This document shows positions 24,432 through 33,204 of a stretch of DNA of 38,913 nt, piece after piece. Numbering within the stretch: the stretch's first letter is position 1; each line of letters opens with the position of its first letter. The notes beneath the pieces were generated by a model, which ran no database searches, had not been told where the DNA came from, and saw only the letters and a program-made list of their open reading frames with translations. A program made the translations under genes and the position numbers. Origin of the DNA: a virus (Duplodnaviria > Caudoviricetes); IMG/VR virus record IMGVR_UViG_3300033407_000059, positions 1 through 38,913 of that record; one strand, 5' to 3'.

Positions 24432-25061
24432 TTACTTTATTTTGTCGAGTTCGCTTTTAGGAAACGACGGAAGGAACAATGCGACGAGCACTTCAAGCGC
24501 GGGGTACTCGACGGCCTTGTTGTTCTTCACGAGGTAGCACTTTCCCGTCCCCGCTTCAAACACTCCGGCGACTACGCCATCCTGTACTGCTTTGAACTTT
24601 TCTTTTTGTCTGGCAACAATTTTTTCAATCACGGTTGCGGTCTCCCTTCCGGGCGAAAGCCCTTGGTGTTTACGAATAAGTTGAATGGTCAAATCCGGGT
24701 ACTGAAAATGCGGCTTGTCGAATCCGGCACGCTGAAAAAGCGACTCGACACCAACCTGATTGGCAATGGAAATAAGTTCTCTATACTTCGCCGCATCGTA
24801 GCTTAACTTTCCTTTTACAATGAACGCAATGTCAACGGCGAGGCCATAGTTATGGTAGCTCCATCCGGGCAATGCCTTCGTCACAATCTCACCGGGATGC
24901 GTTCGGCCTTGATCGTAGAGACGTTGCTGTTCTTCAAACGTTCTCGCGCCGTCCGTGATGAACGCACCGAGGTGTCGTGATCGTTCGAGTAAATCGCGCA
25001 CCAATGGCTGAAACGCCGGATCAAGGTCTTCGATACTGCGCGATGTTTTGGTGGCAATCAT
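24432..25061 (-). CDS. Endolysin, M15 family L-Ala-D-Glu peptidase
   Basis: RTFEEQQRLYDQGRT, SYHNYGLAVD and DKPHFQ motifs of CwlK/Ply500-type M15C peptidases. Confidence 0.9.
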   Translation of the reverse strand: MIATKTSRSIEDLDPAFQPLVRDLLERSRHLGAFITDGARTFEEQQRLYDQGRTHPGEIVTKALPGWSYHNYGLAVDIAFIVKGKLSYDAAKYRELISIANQVGVESLFQRAGFDKPHFQYPDLTIQLIRKHQGLSPGRETATVIEKIVARQKEKFKAVQDGVVAGVFEAGTGKCYLVKNNKAVEYPALEVLVALFLPSFPKSELDKIK

Positions 25062-25085
25062 TTTGTGTGCGCTCCTTACGTTTGA

Positions 25086-26513
25086 TTATAGGTCTTTTCG
25101 CTGCTTCGTCCAAGCACCAGCGTCTTTGTTCTGCTTTGCCCATAGGGCCGTCCAAATGCCGTTCAGGGACATGCGGAGCCGGTCGAGCAGTACAACACCA
25201 TCGGAAAGCACCTTGACGGCCCCACGCGTGAGCGTATCGGCAACCACGAGTGTTTCGGAGAGCACCCGACGGATCACTGGGATCAGGTCGTCAGTGAGCA
25301 GGGTGTTCTCGGAAAACGTACGGATAGACCCACGGATCACGCTGTCAGACCCCACAATCGCCTCTGTGAGGCGTTTGACTGGCGATCTGACCAAAGTATC
25401 GGCTAGCACCATAATCTCGCTAAAAATGCGCTGTCGCTGGGCCGTGAGGGTATCGGTGAGCACGGTGGTCTCGGTCAGGGTGCGAATGATGGTCAACACC
25501 CGACTGAACAGTTCAGTGAGACGTGACGACTCCGTGAGCACCTTTGCCGTCACCCGCGTGATTGCTTCCGTGAGCTTCGGGTTTTCCGGCAGCGTTTTGA
25601 TGATGGTCGCGGTTCTTGTTTCCGTCATCGTGACCGTTTCGTCGAGTGATTTTTGGTACAGGTATTCAACGGTGACACGAAGCCAGTCAATCCGATAAGA
25701 AAACGACTCTCCCACACTACAAGAAGGAAACGACTTGTTGTGCATCAAGAAGCCGTCGGCGTAATACCGTTCACCTTCAACCGAAAACTCCACGATGTTC
25801 ACGCCTTCGTTGACGAGCACGACTTTTTCGATCTCGACTGGATCGCCGCTGGCCGAGAGCAGGCGAAGGCCCGGTTTGAGCATCCGGGCAATGATCGGCT
25901 CGTCACGGCCTTCAACGAACACGGGGTGTCGCAACGTCACGCGCAACACGTCGTTGATGACCAAGTGCTGACGAGCCGTCGAGTGATGAGTGCGCGTGAC
26001 TTCGTGGTAGTTGCCGTCGTCGGCGAGAAGCCGATCGCCCACCTGCACGTCTTCCACGTTCTTCGACCCCTCCTCGGTGATCACCTGACCGCCATAGACG
26101 TGACACTCTTGAGCGGTCACACGAACGCGAAAATCATCACTGTTAATCTGCGCCGGGGTCGGCACTGGGTCGAGTGCCCAAAGCGGATCATATTCACTCA
26201 TACTGAATGTCACCTCTTCTGTGGTGTAATAATCGAAGTACGTGTCTTCATAGCTCCAGCTCGATCCACCATCAACAGTGACCTCATGCCCGATGTACCC
26301 CGCGTACTCACACCCACCCCATCGTTCGTCAACCGTCACAGTAATGCGAGTGATGGTCGCACCTTCGGGAATCGTAAATCCGAACCCATAATAGACGTGC
26401 TGTTTTCCGCTCGGAAGCAACGCTAACGCTTCCGCGCCACCATCGGCGTACGCGTTGGTTGGGTTCGACCACGCGCCACTATTCTGCGTTGGATTTTTTG
26501 TTGATGATGACAT
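25086..26513 (-). CDS. Fibre-like virion protein with inserted Hint domain and 9 C-terminal ~18-aa repeats
   Basis: N-terminal beta-sandwich (FGFTIPEGATITRITV...FRVRV...IDWLRVTVEY) interrupted by a Hint domain; repeat stalk and terminal motif shared with 26515-29406. Confidence 0.8.
   Translation of the reverse strand: MSSSTKNPTQNSGAWSNPTNAYADGGAEALALLPSGKQHVYYGFGFTIPEGATITRITVTVDERWGGCEYAGYIGHEVTVDGGSSWSYEDTYFDYYTTEEVTFSMSEYDPLWALDPVPTPAQINSDDFRVRVTAQECHVYGGQVITEEGSKNVEDVQVGDRLLADDGNYHEVTRTHHSTARQHLVINDVLRVTLRHPVFVEGRDEPIIARMLKPGLRLLSASGDPVEIEKVVLVNEGVNIVEFSVEGERYYADGFLMHNKSFPSCSVGESFSYRIDWLRVTVEYLYQKSLDETVTMTETRTATIIKTLPENPKLTEAITRVTAKVLTESSRLTELFSRVLTIIRTLTETTVLTDTLTAQRQRIFSEIMVLADTLVRSPVKRLTEAIVGSDSVIRGSIRTFSENTLLTDDLIPVIRRVLSETLVVADTLTRGAVKVLSDGVVLLDRLRMSLNGIWTALWAKQNKDAGAWTKQRKDL
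25737..26105 (-). other. Hint / bacterial intein-like domain, 123 aa (C137-N259)
   Basis: Block A CHVYGGQV..VEDVQVGD, block B VTLRHP, block F IVEFSV..YYADG, block G MHN followed by Lys; no endonuclease insert. Confidence 0.9.
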
Positions 26514-26514
26514 G

Positions 26515-29406
26515 CTAGAAGTCCCTCGTTTGTTTTACCCAGTCGTCGGAGTGCGGATCGCGGGCCGGGTCGGGAGTGTAGACGCCGGTGTCCTTCGGCT
26601 GCTTGGCCCACAGCGCGGTCACAATCCCATTGAGCACGACGCTGATAAACTCATCGAAGCGCATGGCCTCGGTTAGCGTCCGAACATACACCGTTGCGAA
26701 CATGTCGGTCAGTTTGCTGTTTTCCGTCAGTGTTCGGACGAACGAAACCCCACGACTGAAAATCTCCGTGAGTTTAGTGTTTTCGGTGATGGTCTTCACG
26801 GTGACGCGAGCGATCGTGTCGAGAAAAACCGTGACTTCGCTGAACGTTTTTGCCAGCGTCTTCAACACTGCATCGGTCAAGACCGACGTTTCCGAAAACG
26901 TCCGAATAAAGCCGCGGGTGATCGTGTCGGTCAACACCTGCGTTTCGATCATTGTCCGAATGTAAACAATTAGAGCAGAAAAGGAATCGGTGTGCACCAA
27001 TGCTTCCGTTACAGTTCGAGTAGTTTTTTTGATAAAGTTTTCGCTCAAAACCATCGTCTCGGTTATTGTTTCGATGAAATTTGAATGCTTCAGCGCGGAA
27101 AATATCTCACTCAATGACATTGTTTCTGTGAGTGTTACGGTCTGTAAAAATATCCAGCCGCTGTTTCCACCGTCGTTGATACAGTTTGTCGTGCTCCATG
27201 TCGCGCCACCTGTCGCATGACTGTCCTTTATGGTTACGTATTCAGCAATGACGGTTCCACCAGAACCCATTGTAAGAGTATGGGCGTTCGTGTCTGTCAC
27301 TGATTTTATTGTGATGCCGTGCGTCGCGTTTGCCACTGCCCGAAAATCATAAGTAAATGTTTGTGTTGTTCCTTCTGTGAAACGGACGATGCACGTTTGT
27401 GTTCTCGATAGTTCGCTCCAGTACGCGTACTCAATCGTGTTGTTCCCAGTGAATGTGAGTGTGTCCGCGTAACCGTCTTCGACAATGATTTCTTCAAAGA
27501 TATTGTTTCCTGTGACGGTCATATTTCCATTCGTAAAACGTACAAAACCGTACGTCAGTCCCCCACCATCAAATGTACTACCAATTCCGCTCCCGATTCT
27601 GATGTTTGAGTTATCTGCACTGAACGTTAGGTTCGTCGTCGTCGTTGCATCCCAACCGCCAGCGGTTATATAAACAATTGCACCGTCCATAATAAACGAA
27701 CGAACACTCGCGCCGGAAATGTCGATACCGACCGTGGTAAAACTTTCACCCGATGCGAGTATCAGTGCGCCATTGACCAGTGAGAGGGTTAGCACTTGAG
27801 ATGCTCCATCCGTCATCGTCCATCCTCCACCGACTCCATCAAAAGTAAAATTACAGTTGAAAGTCGCCGTTGCGACCGTAACACTTTTCCCTGTACTCGT
27901 TGCGGCAAAGGTGATAGTGCCAGTTCCTGACCACTGAACTTGGTCAGACAGCGTGAATGATCCATAGCACGCAATTGTATTCGTGCCGGCTACCGTCGTG
28001 CTGCCCGCTGCACTCATGTTGAGATCATGGCACGATGCCGCTGTGTTCAGCGTCACCGTCCCACCACCGGAGTTTCCATCGAATATCGCGTTTTCTGCGG
28101 ATGTTGGTACGGACGCACCACCCGATCCGCCACTCGTGAGCGACCAATGTGCGGTGTCGTTCCAGTTCCCCGTTCCTCCTACCCAAAAACGCTGATCAAA
28201 ATAAGTGATAGATAAAACGGGATCGTTCGTTGTTCCCATCCTCTCAACAAATGCGATCTCTGCATCAAATCCAGCCGTATCGGAAACGGGAGTTGTGTCG
28301 TCTCGATCAAGGTCTGTCTGCACACAAAACTTCGTGTACCCGGTCTTGTTGATGAGTGCGAGACCGGACGCATTGAGCGTAAAAATATGATGACCGGCAG
28401 TGGAGACGGTGACACGAGGTGCAAGCTCGGTCGTGTTGAAGTTGTCAAAGTCGGCATCCGCAAGTTCTGTGTCCGACGCCTGTGTTGACTCCAACAGAAC
28501 CATCTGTCTTGTTCCGTTGTGATCTCCTGTTTGATTAACGTTAAATATCGCTACATCAAGTTCTGCCGAAACGATACTCGCGGAATCGGGAATGCTTGAG
28601 GTATCGAATGTAAAAAATACTCGATAAACATAGTAATTAGAATCAAGATCGTAGAGTGCGGTGTAGAAAATCTGGGTTGGAGTAGACGAGTCGGCCGTAC
28701 CCGTTGTTGCACCCCGCGCGGTGGCCCAAGTCGAATGAAACGAGTTTATTGTCCCATCTGCCGTATGGCTAAAAAATGAAACATCGGTGTCAATGATCCG
28801 CGCCTCTTGTGGTACTGTCTCTTTCCAAAGTGTCACACCACGTTCAGGTGTTTCCCTTCGTTCCGTTGCAACTTCGACTCGTTTTCTCTCTTCATCAAAA
28901 GCATCAACGCGTTCGACAAAACCAAGTTTTCCACGACGCGTTACTCGATCTGGTACGTTTTCCTCTGTTATGCGCCACTGAAACTCGGTAGGGGAATCAT
29001 CTCTTTTTCTCTCTTTCCACAACCGAACACGGGAACGTGTGATCTCGAAGGTAAAAGAAATCTTCGGATCGTCTCGTACCAACTGACGCGCTTCACCGTC
29101 AATCGAATCCAGCTCGACTCTGATAACGTGGCCGGTGCGCCGGTTCGTGACTTCGTACCCGGTGCGGTCTTTATATAGACGAACGATTCCGGGCAGTCGG
29201 TTGAACTCATAGTACGTCTCGTTTTCAACAAAATAATCCGGCTCAATATCAAGCCATGGCGACTCATCGTCGTCGTAGTTTTCCTTGTAGTGCCAAGGGT
29301 TTTTTGTTGATTCAACGGTGAAAGACCCGTCGGGATTTTGGAACTTCTTGAAGTTCTCCCCACGATCGTCCGTCAGCTCAATGCGTACCTCTCGGATGTC
29401 GGCCAT
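26515..29406 (-). CDS. Large fibre/receptor-binding-like protein, 963 aa, with 9 C-terminal repeats
   Basis: DNRLRE-like beta-sandwich (RVFFTFDTSSIPDSASIVSAEL), RFWVGGTGNWNDTAHWS beta-helix region, then repeat stalk and LNGIxTALWAKQ motif. Confidence 0.8.
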   Translation of the reverse strand: MADIREVRIELTDDRGENFKKFQNPDGSFTVESTKNPWHYKENYDDDESPWLDIEPDYFVENETYYEFNRLPGIVRLYKDRTGYEVTNRRTGHVIRVELDSIDGEARQLVRDDPKISFTFEITRSRVRLWKERKRDDSPTEFQWRITEENVPDRVTRRGKLGFVERVDAFDEERKRVEVATERRETPERGVTLWKETVPQEARIIDTDVSFFSHTADGTINSFHSTWATARGATTGTADSSTPTQIFYTALYDLDSNYYVYRVFFTFDTSSIPDSASIVSAELDVAIFNVNQTGDHNGTRQMVLLESTQASDTELADADFDNFNTTELAPRVTVSTAGHHIFTLNASGLALINKTGYTKFCVQTDLDRDDTTPVSDTAGFDAEIAFVERMGTTNDPVLSITYFDQRFWVGGTGNWNDTAHWSLTSGGSGGASVPTSAENAIFDGNSGGGTVTLNTAASCHDLNMSAAGSTTVAGTNTIACYGSFTLSDQVQWSGTGTITFAATSTGKSVTVATATFNCNFTFDGVGGGWTMTDGASQVLTLSLVNGALILASGESFTTVGIDISGASVRSFIMDGAIVYITAGGWDATTTTNLTFSADNSNIRIGSGIGSTFDGGGLTYGFVRFTNGNMTVTGNNIFEEIIVEDGYADTLTFTGNNTIEYAYWSELSRTQTCIVRFTEGTTQTFTYDFRAVANATHGITIKSVTDTNAHTLTMGSGGTVIAEYVTIKDSHATGGATWSTTNCINDGGNSGWIFLQTVTLTETMSLSEIFSALKHSNFIETITETMVLSENFIKKTTRTVTEALVHTDSFSALIVYIRTMIETQVLTDTITRGFIRTFSETSVLTDAVLKTLAKTFSEVTVFLDTIARVTVKTITENTKLTEIFSRGVSFVRTLTENSKLTDMFATVYVRTLTEAMRFDEFISVVLNGIVTALWAKQPKDTGVYTPDPARDPHSDDWVKQTRDF

Positions 29407-29425
29407 GATCTCATTCTAACAAACG

Positions 29426-29455
29426 GGGGAGCGTGCGTCGCGCGCCACGCTCCCC
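29426..29455 (-). terminator. Intrinsic terminator-like hairpin
   Basis: GGGGAGCGTG..CACGCTCCCC stem followed on the minus strand by CGTTTGTT. Confidence 0.55.
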
Positions 29456-29477
29456 ACGTCCTGCCGCTTTACCGCGT

Positions 29478-30056
29478 TTAGGCGGAAACTTTGATCTTGT
29501 AGATGATCTGCAAGCTGTCACCGTCAACGACGTTGATTGCGCTGAACGTCTGACGGCAGAGCAAAACGCCGGTAGAGGCCGCGTTGAGCGCGCCCGCTTC
29601 GGTCACGGCCTTCGTGCCAGTGACGCTGAACGTCTTGTCGAGCTGGGCCGTGTCGTCTGTTACGGTCGTTGTTACCCTCGTAACGGTCGCTGTCGCTCGT
29701 TCAAGGCCAGAGTCCACGATCTCGGCTTCAAGCGTCGTGTCGGCCACGTCAGGTGCTGTAGTGCCCGTTCCTACGGCAAGGTAGGTGAAGGCGGCCTCAC
29801 CACCAGCACCGTTGAGACGCGATGCTGAACCGGCAAAACCGGCGTTGGTCAGCAAGTTCCGGGCCACCACCTCATCGGCATACAAGCCGGTGATCAGCGG
29901 GAGCCGAAGCGCAAGACCGTGCCGCTTCCGCAGGTAACGTCCAAAGGCGTTTTCCTGCCACTGTTGACGGACGGAGCCGTCTGATTTGAAGACGCGGAAG
30001 GTGAACTCGCCTTGCAGTCCGATACCGTCCGCGACCTGTGAGAGTGCTTGGCTCAT
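29478..30056 (-). CDS. Stand-alone fibre-base/collar-type structural protein
   Basis: NLLTNAG..YLAVGTGTTAP..DTTLEAEI..R..VTEAG..L..R..F pattern typical of tail-collar fibre N-terminal domains. Confidence 0.7.
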   Translation of the reverse strand: MSQALSQVADGIGLQGEFTFRVFKSDGSVRQQWQENAFGRYLRKRHGLALRLPLITGLYADEVVARNLLTNAGFAGSASRLNGAGGEAAFTYLAVGTGTTAPDVADTTLEAEIVDSGLERATATVTRVTTTVTDDTAQLDKTFSVTGTKAVTEAGALNAASTGVLLCRQTFSAINVVDGDSLQIIYKIKVSA

Positions 30057-30343
30057 ACAGTTGTCGTTGTCCCTTTGATTTGGTCAATCGTTGCGTCCGC
30101 TTGGGCTTCGACGGCCTCGCGCTCCGCAATGGCGTCCGCTCGTTCTCGATCCTCGAAATACGTGCGGGCGACTTGAGAAAGTTCTTGGTTGATAAACTCA
30201 TCCGTTGCGTCGAGAGGGAAACCGTGCGCTTGGGTCACGTCCACCGCTTCACCTGCAATCTCCCCGTGAATGCGGAATGTGACCACGATGCGACCCGTTT
30301 CTCGCTTCGCCTCGACGATGGTGTATCCTCTTGGTTCGCTCAT
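30053..30343 (-). CDS. Hypothetical structural-region protein
   Basis: ATGA-coupled to the downstream gene. Confidence 0.65.
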   Translation of the reverse strand: MSEPRGYTIVEAKRETGRIVVTFRIHGEIAGEAVDVTQAHGFPLDATDEFINQELSQVARTYFEDRERADAIAEREAVEAQADATIDQIKGTTTTV

Positions 30344-30361
30344 TGGCGTGGTGTTCGGTTA

Positions 30362-31075
30362 CTAATAATCGGAACCGTCGTTGTACGGCACCGTCGCTTC
30401 GTGGGGACGATCAAGGTTCATGTGGCTGATCGCCTCCATTGCGCTCTGCATTCGCTGGGGCCACAGCAGTTCCTCTCTCGACAAACGGATCGGCTTGGGC
30501 TGCGACTCTTTCCACGTGATAACCACTTTGTCGGCCAACAATTTGTGTAACTGACGCGGGAAGCCGAACGAAGTCGCCGACGGCGCTACCGACAAGTCGG
30601 TGGTGCCGGCGAGCATTGCCGTGCTGATGTCGGCAGGGTAAATGATCGCCCACAGTTTGAGTCCGTTGGTGACGTTGATGACCGCCGCGCCGTGGTAGAT
30701 GATCAGCTCGCCGCCGAAAATCTCGAACGAGGGCTTGCGTGACGAGAAGTACGACTGGATGCTTGTTTCGTCCGTCACGATACCCTTTGACTGCACCTCG
30801 ACTTCGGTGAGCTTTTCCCATTCCGTCCCGTCGAGCTTCGCTTCGATGTACTTCATTTGCGACAGCAGGTCGGTCGGGAACGCATAGTTACGCTGGTCAG
30901 CAACAATGTTTCGGTACATGAAGATACCGAAGTAGTCCTCGTTGATCTTGATCACCTCGCCGGCCATCTCGTCTTTGATGGGGTTCGTGAGCGTCACAAT
31001 ACGAGCATCGGACAGCGTGGTGCTGTTCGTTTTCGTCTGCTCGCGGATGTACGCTGCGTAGTTTGTTCCGGTCAT
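30362..31075 (-). CDS. Putative head-tail adaptor (T7 gp11 / P22 gp4-like)
   Basis: Helix-beta-helix layout, QRNYAFPTD and FPRQLHKLL motifs; downstream of the capsid genes. Confidence 0.65.
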   Translation of the reverse strand: MTGTNYAAYIREQTKTNSTTLSDARIVTLTNPIKDEMAGEVIKINEDYFGIFMYRNIVADQRNYAFPTDLLSQMKYIEAKLDGTEWEKLTEVEVQSKGIVTDETSIQSYFSSRKPSFEIFGGELIIYHGAAVINVTNGLKLWAIIYPADISTAMLAGTTDLSVAPSATSFGFPRQLHKLLADKVVITWKESQPKPIRLSREELLWPQRMQSAMEAISHMNLDRPHEATVPYNDGSDY

Positions 31076-31092
31076 GGTGGTGATCTACCCCG

Positions 31093-31122
31093 AAGGGCGG
31101 CGGCCCGCTGGCTGCCGCCCTT
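31093..31122. terminator. GC-rich hairpin, possible terminator
   Basis: AAGGGCGGCGGC-N6-GCTGCCGCCCTT; the T-run is on the + strand side. Confidence 0.5.
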
Positions 31123-31130
31123 TTGTTTCG

Positions 31131-31637
31131 CTAGAGCGTCAGGAACGCTGCGACATTGAGGCCGTAGCCGACAACGTTGGTGTACACGGCGTTCGGGACG
31201 ACTGTTGCGTCTCCGAGCGCTGTGGTGCCACCGACGAAGTTGCCCGTGCCCGTCGGGTTGATTTCGAGAACACCAACCACGACTTCATCCGTCGGGACAG
31301 TCGGCCAGACGACTGCGGCGCGCGTGGCGCCTTCTGTGCCCATGCGGGCCGTTGCTGTGCCGTCCGCTTTGAGCGTCAGCACGAACACGTTGAACAGGTC
31401 GGCTGTGACTGTGCCGGAAAGCGTGAATGCGTCGTCAGTGATCGCCTTGTTGGCGTACACGCCGTCAATGACGAACTTGATCGCAGCGGCAATTTGAACC
31501 TTTGTGGTCGTGGTGCCGATGGCGAGTGCCCCGGAGTTCAGCGCGTACGATGTCGCCGCACGCTGGAACTTCGTGAGAATCTCACGCATCTTGGCATTCG
31601 ACAGACCAGCGAGGTCTTGTGTGAGTGTGAGAGCCAT
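31131..31637 (-). CDS. Putative head decoration/minor capsid protein
   Basis: A/T/G-rich beta protein two genes after the MCP. Confidence 0.55.
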   Translation of the reverse strand: MALTLTQDLAGLSNAKMREILTKFQRAATSYALNSGALAIGTTTTKVQIAAAIKFVIDGVYANKAITDDAFTLSGTVTADLFNVFVLTLKADGTATARMGTEGATRAAVVWPTVPTDEVVVGVLEINPTGTGNFVGGTTALGDATVVPNAVYTNVVGYGLNVAAFLTL

Positions 31638-31668
31638 TTCTGGTGAATGCTGTTAGTGAGTAAGGGCG

Positions 31669-32118
31669 CTACTGGGAGAGCGCGTTTGCCACGCTGGTGC
31701 CGTCCTTCATCTCGGCCCGGTCAGCGCGCATTTCTTTTCCCGCGTTCAGCTCGACTCGGTATGACTCCGCAAGGATTTCCGCGACGGGCAACGGGATGTT
31801 CACCATCACACCTTTCGGAATGGCCATCTGATAGCCGTTGATGGTGACAACTTCGTAGCTCTTCGGGTCTTCCCTCGGTGCCAAGTGGAGAATGAAGGCG
31901 GTGCGCGGAGCTTTTGCGAGCTTCGCTTTCGTCGCCTCGGTCACGTCGTTTTTGAACTTCGTGATGTCAATCTCGCGCTGGTACGAATCGAGGACTGATG
32001 CGTTGGCAGCAGCTTGGCCCTTGACGGAGCCAGTGCCTCGGCCTTTCGGTTCAGGCGGAGCGGCAGTTTCCTGCCCCTCGTCTTCCCCTTCTGCCGGTTT
32101 CTTTTCTTCGTCGGTCAT
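31669..32118 (-). CDS. Conserved protein downstream of N4-gp56-type MCP
   Basis: VTINGYQMAIPKGVMVNIPLPVAEIL motif typical of this position. Confidence 0.7.
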   Translation of the reverse strand: MTDEEKKPAEGEDEGQETAAPPEPKGRGTGSVKGQAAANASVLDSYQREIDITKFKNDVTEATKAKLAKAPRTAFILHLAPREDPKSYEVVTINGYQMAIPKGVMVNIPLPVAEILAESYRVELNAGKEMRADRAEMKDGTSVANALSQ

Positions 32119-32142
32119 AGGTTTCGTGGTGTTACGTTGATG

Positions 32143-32184
32143 AGTGCTGCGGGGAGCGCCCGCTACCGAGCGCTCCCGCTACTC
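32143..32184 (-). terminator. Hairpin downstream of the MCP gene
   Basis: Minus strand GAGTAGCGGGAGCGCTCG-GTAG-CGGGCGCTCCCCGCAGCACTC; no U-tract, so possibly an mRNA-stabilising stem. Confidence 0.45.
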
Positions 32185-32193
32185 ACCGTTGAA

Positions 32194-33162
32194 CTAGACG
32201 CGCGCGTGTTCGATACGGGTCATGAAGGTTTCGTTGAGCCGCTTGGCAACATACGTACCCTTCCAACCGCTCGTCATGCGCTGATCGAGCGGGTCTTCCG
32301 AACCCGCAGAACCGAGAGCTTTGACGATGTTGTGCAACGCTTCGCCGGAAATGCGAGTCGTGCCGTACGCATTGGCGCCCATGATGAGCGTCGCGTACAC
32401 GTCAATGCCGCCTGTGCCGGCGCCGGTGAACACCTTGGCGTTCGTCGTTTCAAGGAAACGAACGTCGCGGTAGTACCCGTACTCGCCCGGCATGATCTTC
32501 GTTCGGTTCTGGTACTTCTCAACCGAGACGAACCCGGTGAATGCCTCAATCGCCTTGGTGATGTTCGTGTGGTTGATGCCGATGAACGCCGGCTTGATCG
32601 GCACTGTGCCGATACCGGGGTCAGGGTCAACCATCGTGGTGATCCGACGGGCGTTGTTCCCCTTGATGGTTTCCACCGCCGAGTCCACGTTCGCTGCAAG
32701 GATCACGTCAGCCGCGGCAACGTCAGCGCGGGCAGTATTGCCCGTACCGGCGTAAGAGACGCTGGTGCCTGCGACAAGGATGTCGCGGGTCAACTGGTCG
32801 AGAGTGTCAACGATCTGATCGCCGAACAGCTCGGCAGTTTCCATGAGCACCGGGTCGGGTGACTCCATGTCAACCTTGTCGGTCAACGTCACGAAGTCGC
32901 CGTACTGTTGAATCTGCGCCGTGATGTCCGTCACGGAGAGTTGGCTGCCGGCCGGCGTTACGCCGTCGGACAGCGGGGTCGTGGCAGCCGTCAAGTTGCC
33001 GTACCGACGGAACTTGATGGTGTCAGTGCCGACTTTACGAGGAATATCACGCACCTGTGCAAACAGGGTGTGGATGAACAACGGCACGGCCCGCTCCAAC
33101 ATGGTGCGGTCGTAAAAGTTGTTTACCTCTGTCGGGATTTGCGTTCGAGTTGTGCTGGCCAT
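32194..33162 (-). CDS. Major capsid protein, N4-gp56 family
   Basis: TIKFRRY..LSDGVTP..QYGDFVTLTD..GEYG..VRFLET..DVYATLIMGANAYG..DPLDQRMTSGWK. Confidence 0.92.
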   Translation of the reverse strand: MASTTRTQIPTEVNNFYDRTMLERAVPLFIHTLFAQVRDIPRKVGTDTIKFRRYGNLTAATTPLSDGVTPAGSQLSVTDITAQIQQYGDFVTLTDKVDMESPDPVLMETAELFGDQIVDTLDQLTRDILVAGTSVSYAGTGNTARADVAAADVILAANVDSAVETIKGNNARRITTMVDPDPGIGTVPIKPAFIGINHTNITKAIEAFTGFVSVEKYQNRTKIMPGEYGYYRDVRFLETTNAKVFTGAGTGGIDVYATLIMGANAYGTTRISGEALHNIVKALGSAGSEDPLDQRMTSGWKGTYVAKRLNETFMTRIEHARV

Positions 33163-33204
33163 GTGCTTCCCATTATTACGTTACGAATAAGCAGTGACTG
33201 TCGT

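Noticed and set aside
25086-29406. Diversity-generating retroelement acting on the fibre genes
   Set aside because: No reverse transcriptase, and no near-identical TR/VR pair differing at adenines; similarity between the two genes is protein-level paralogy.
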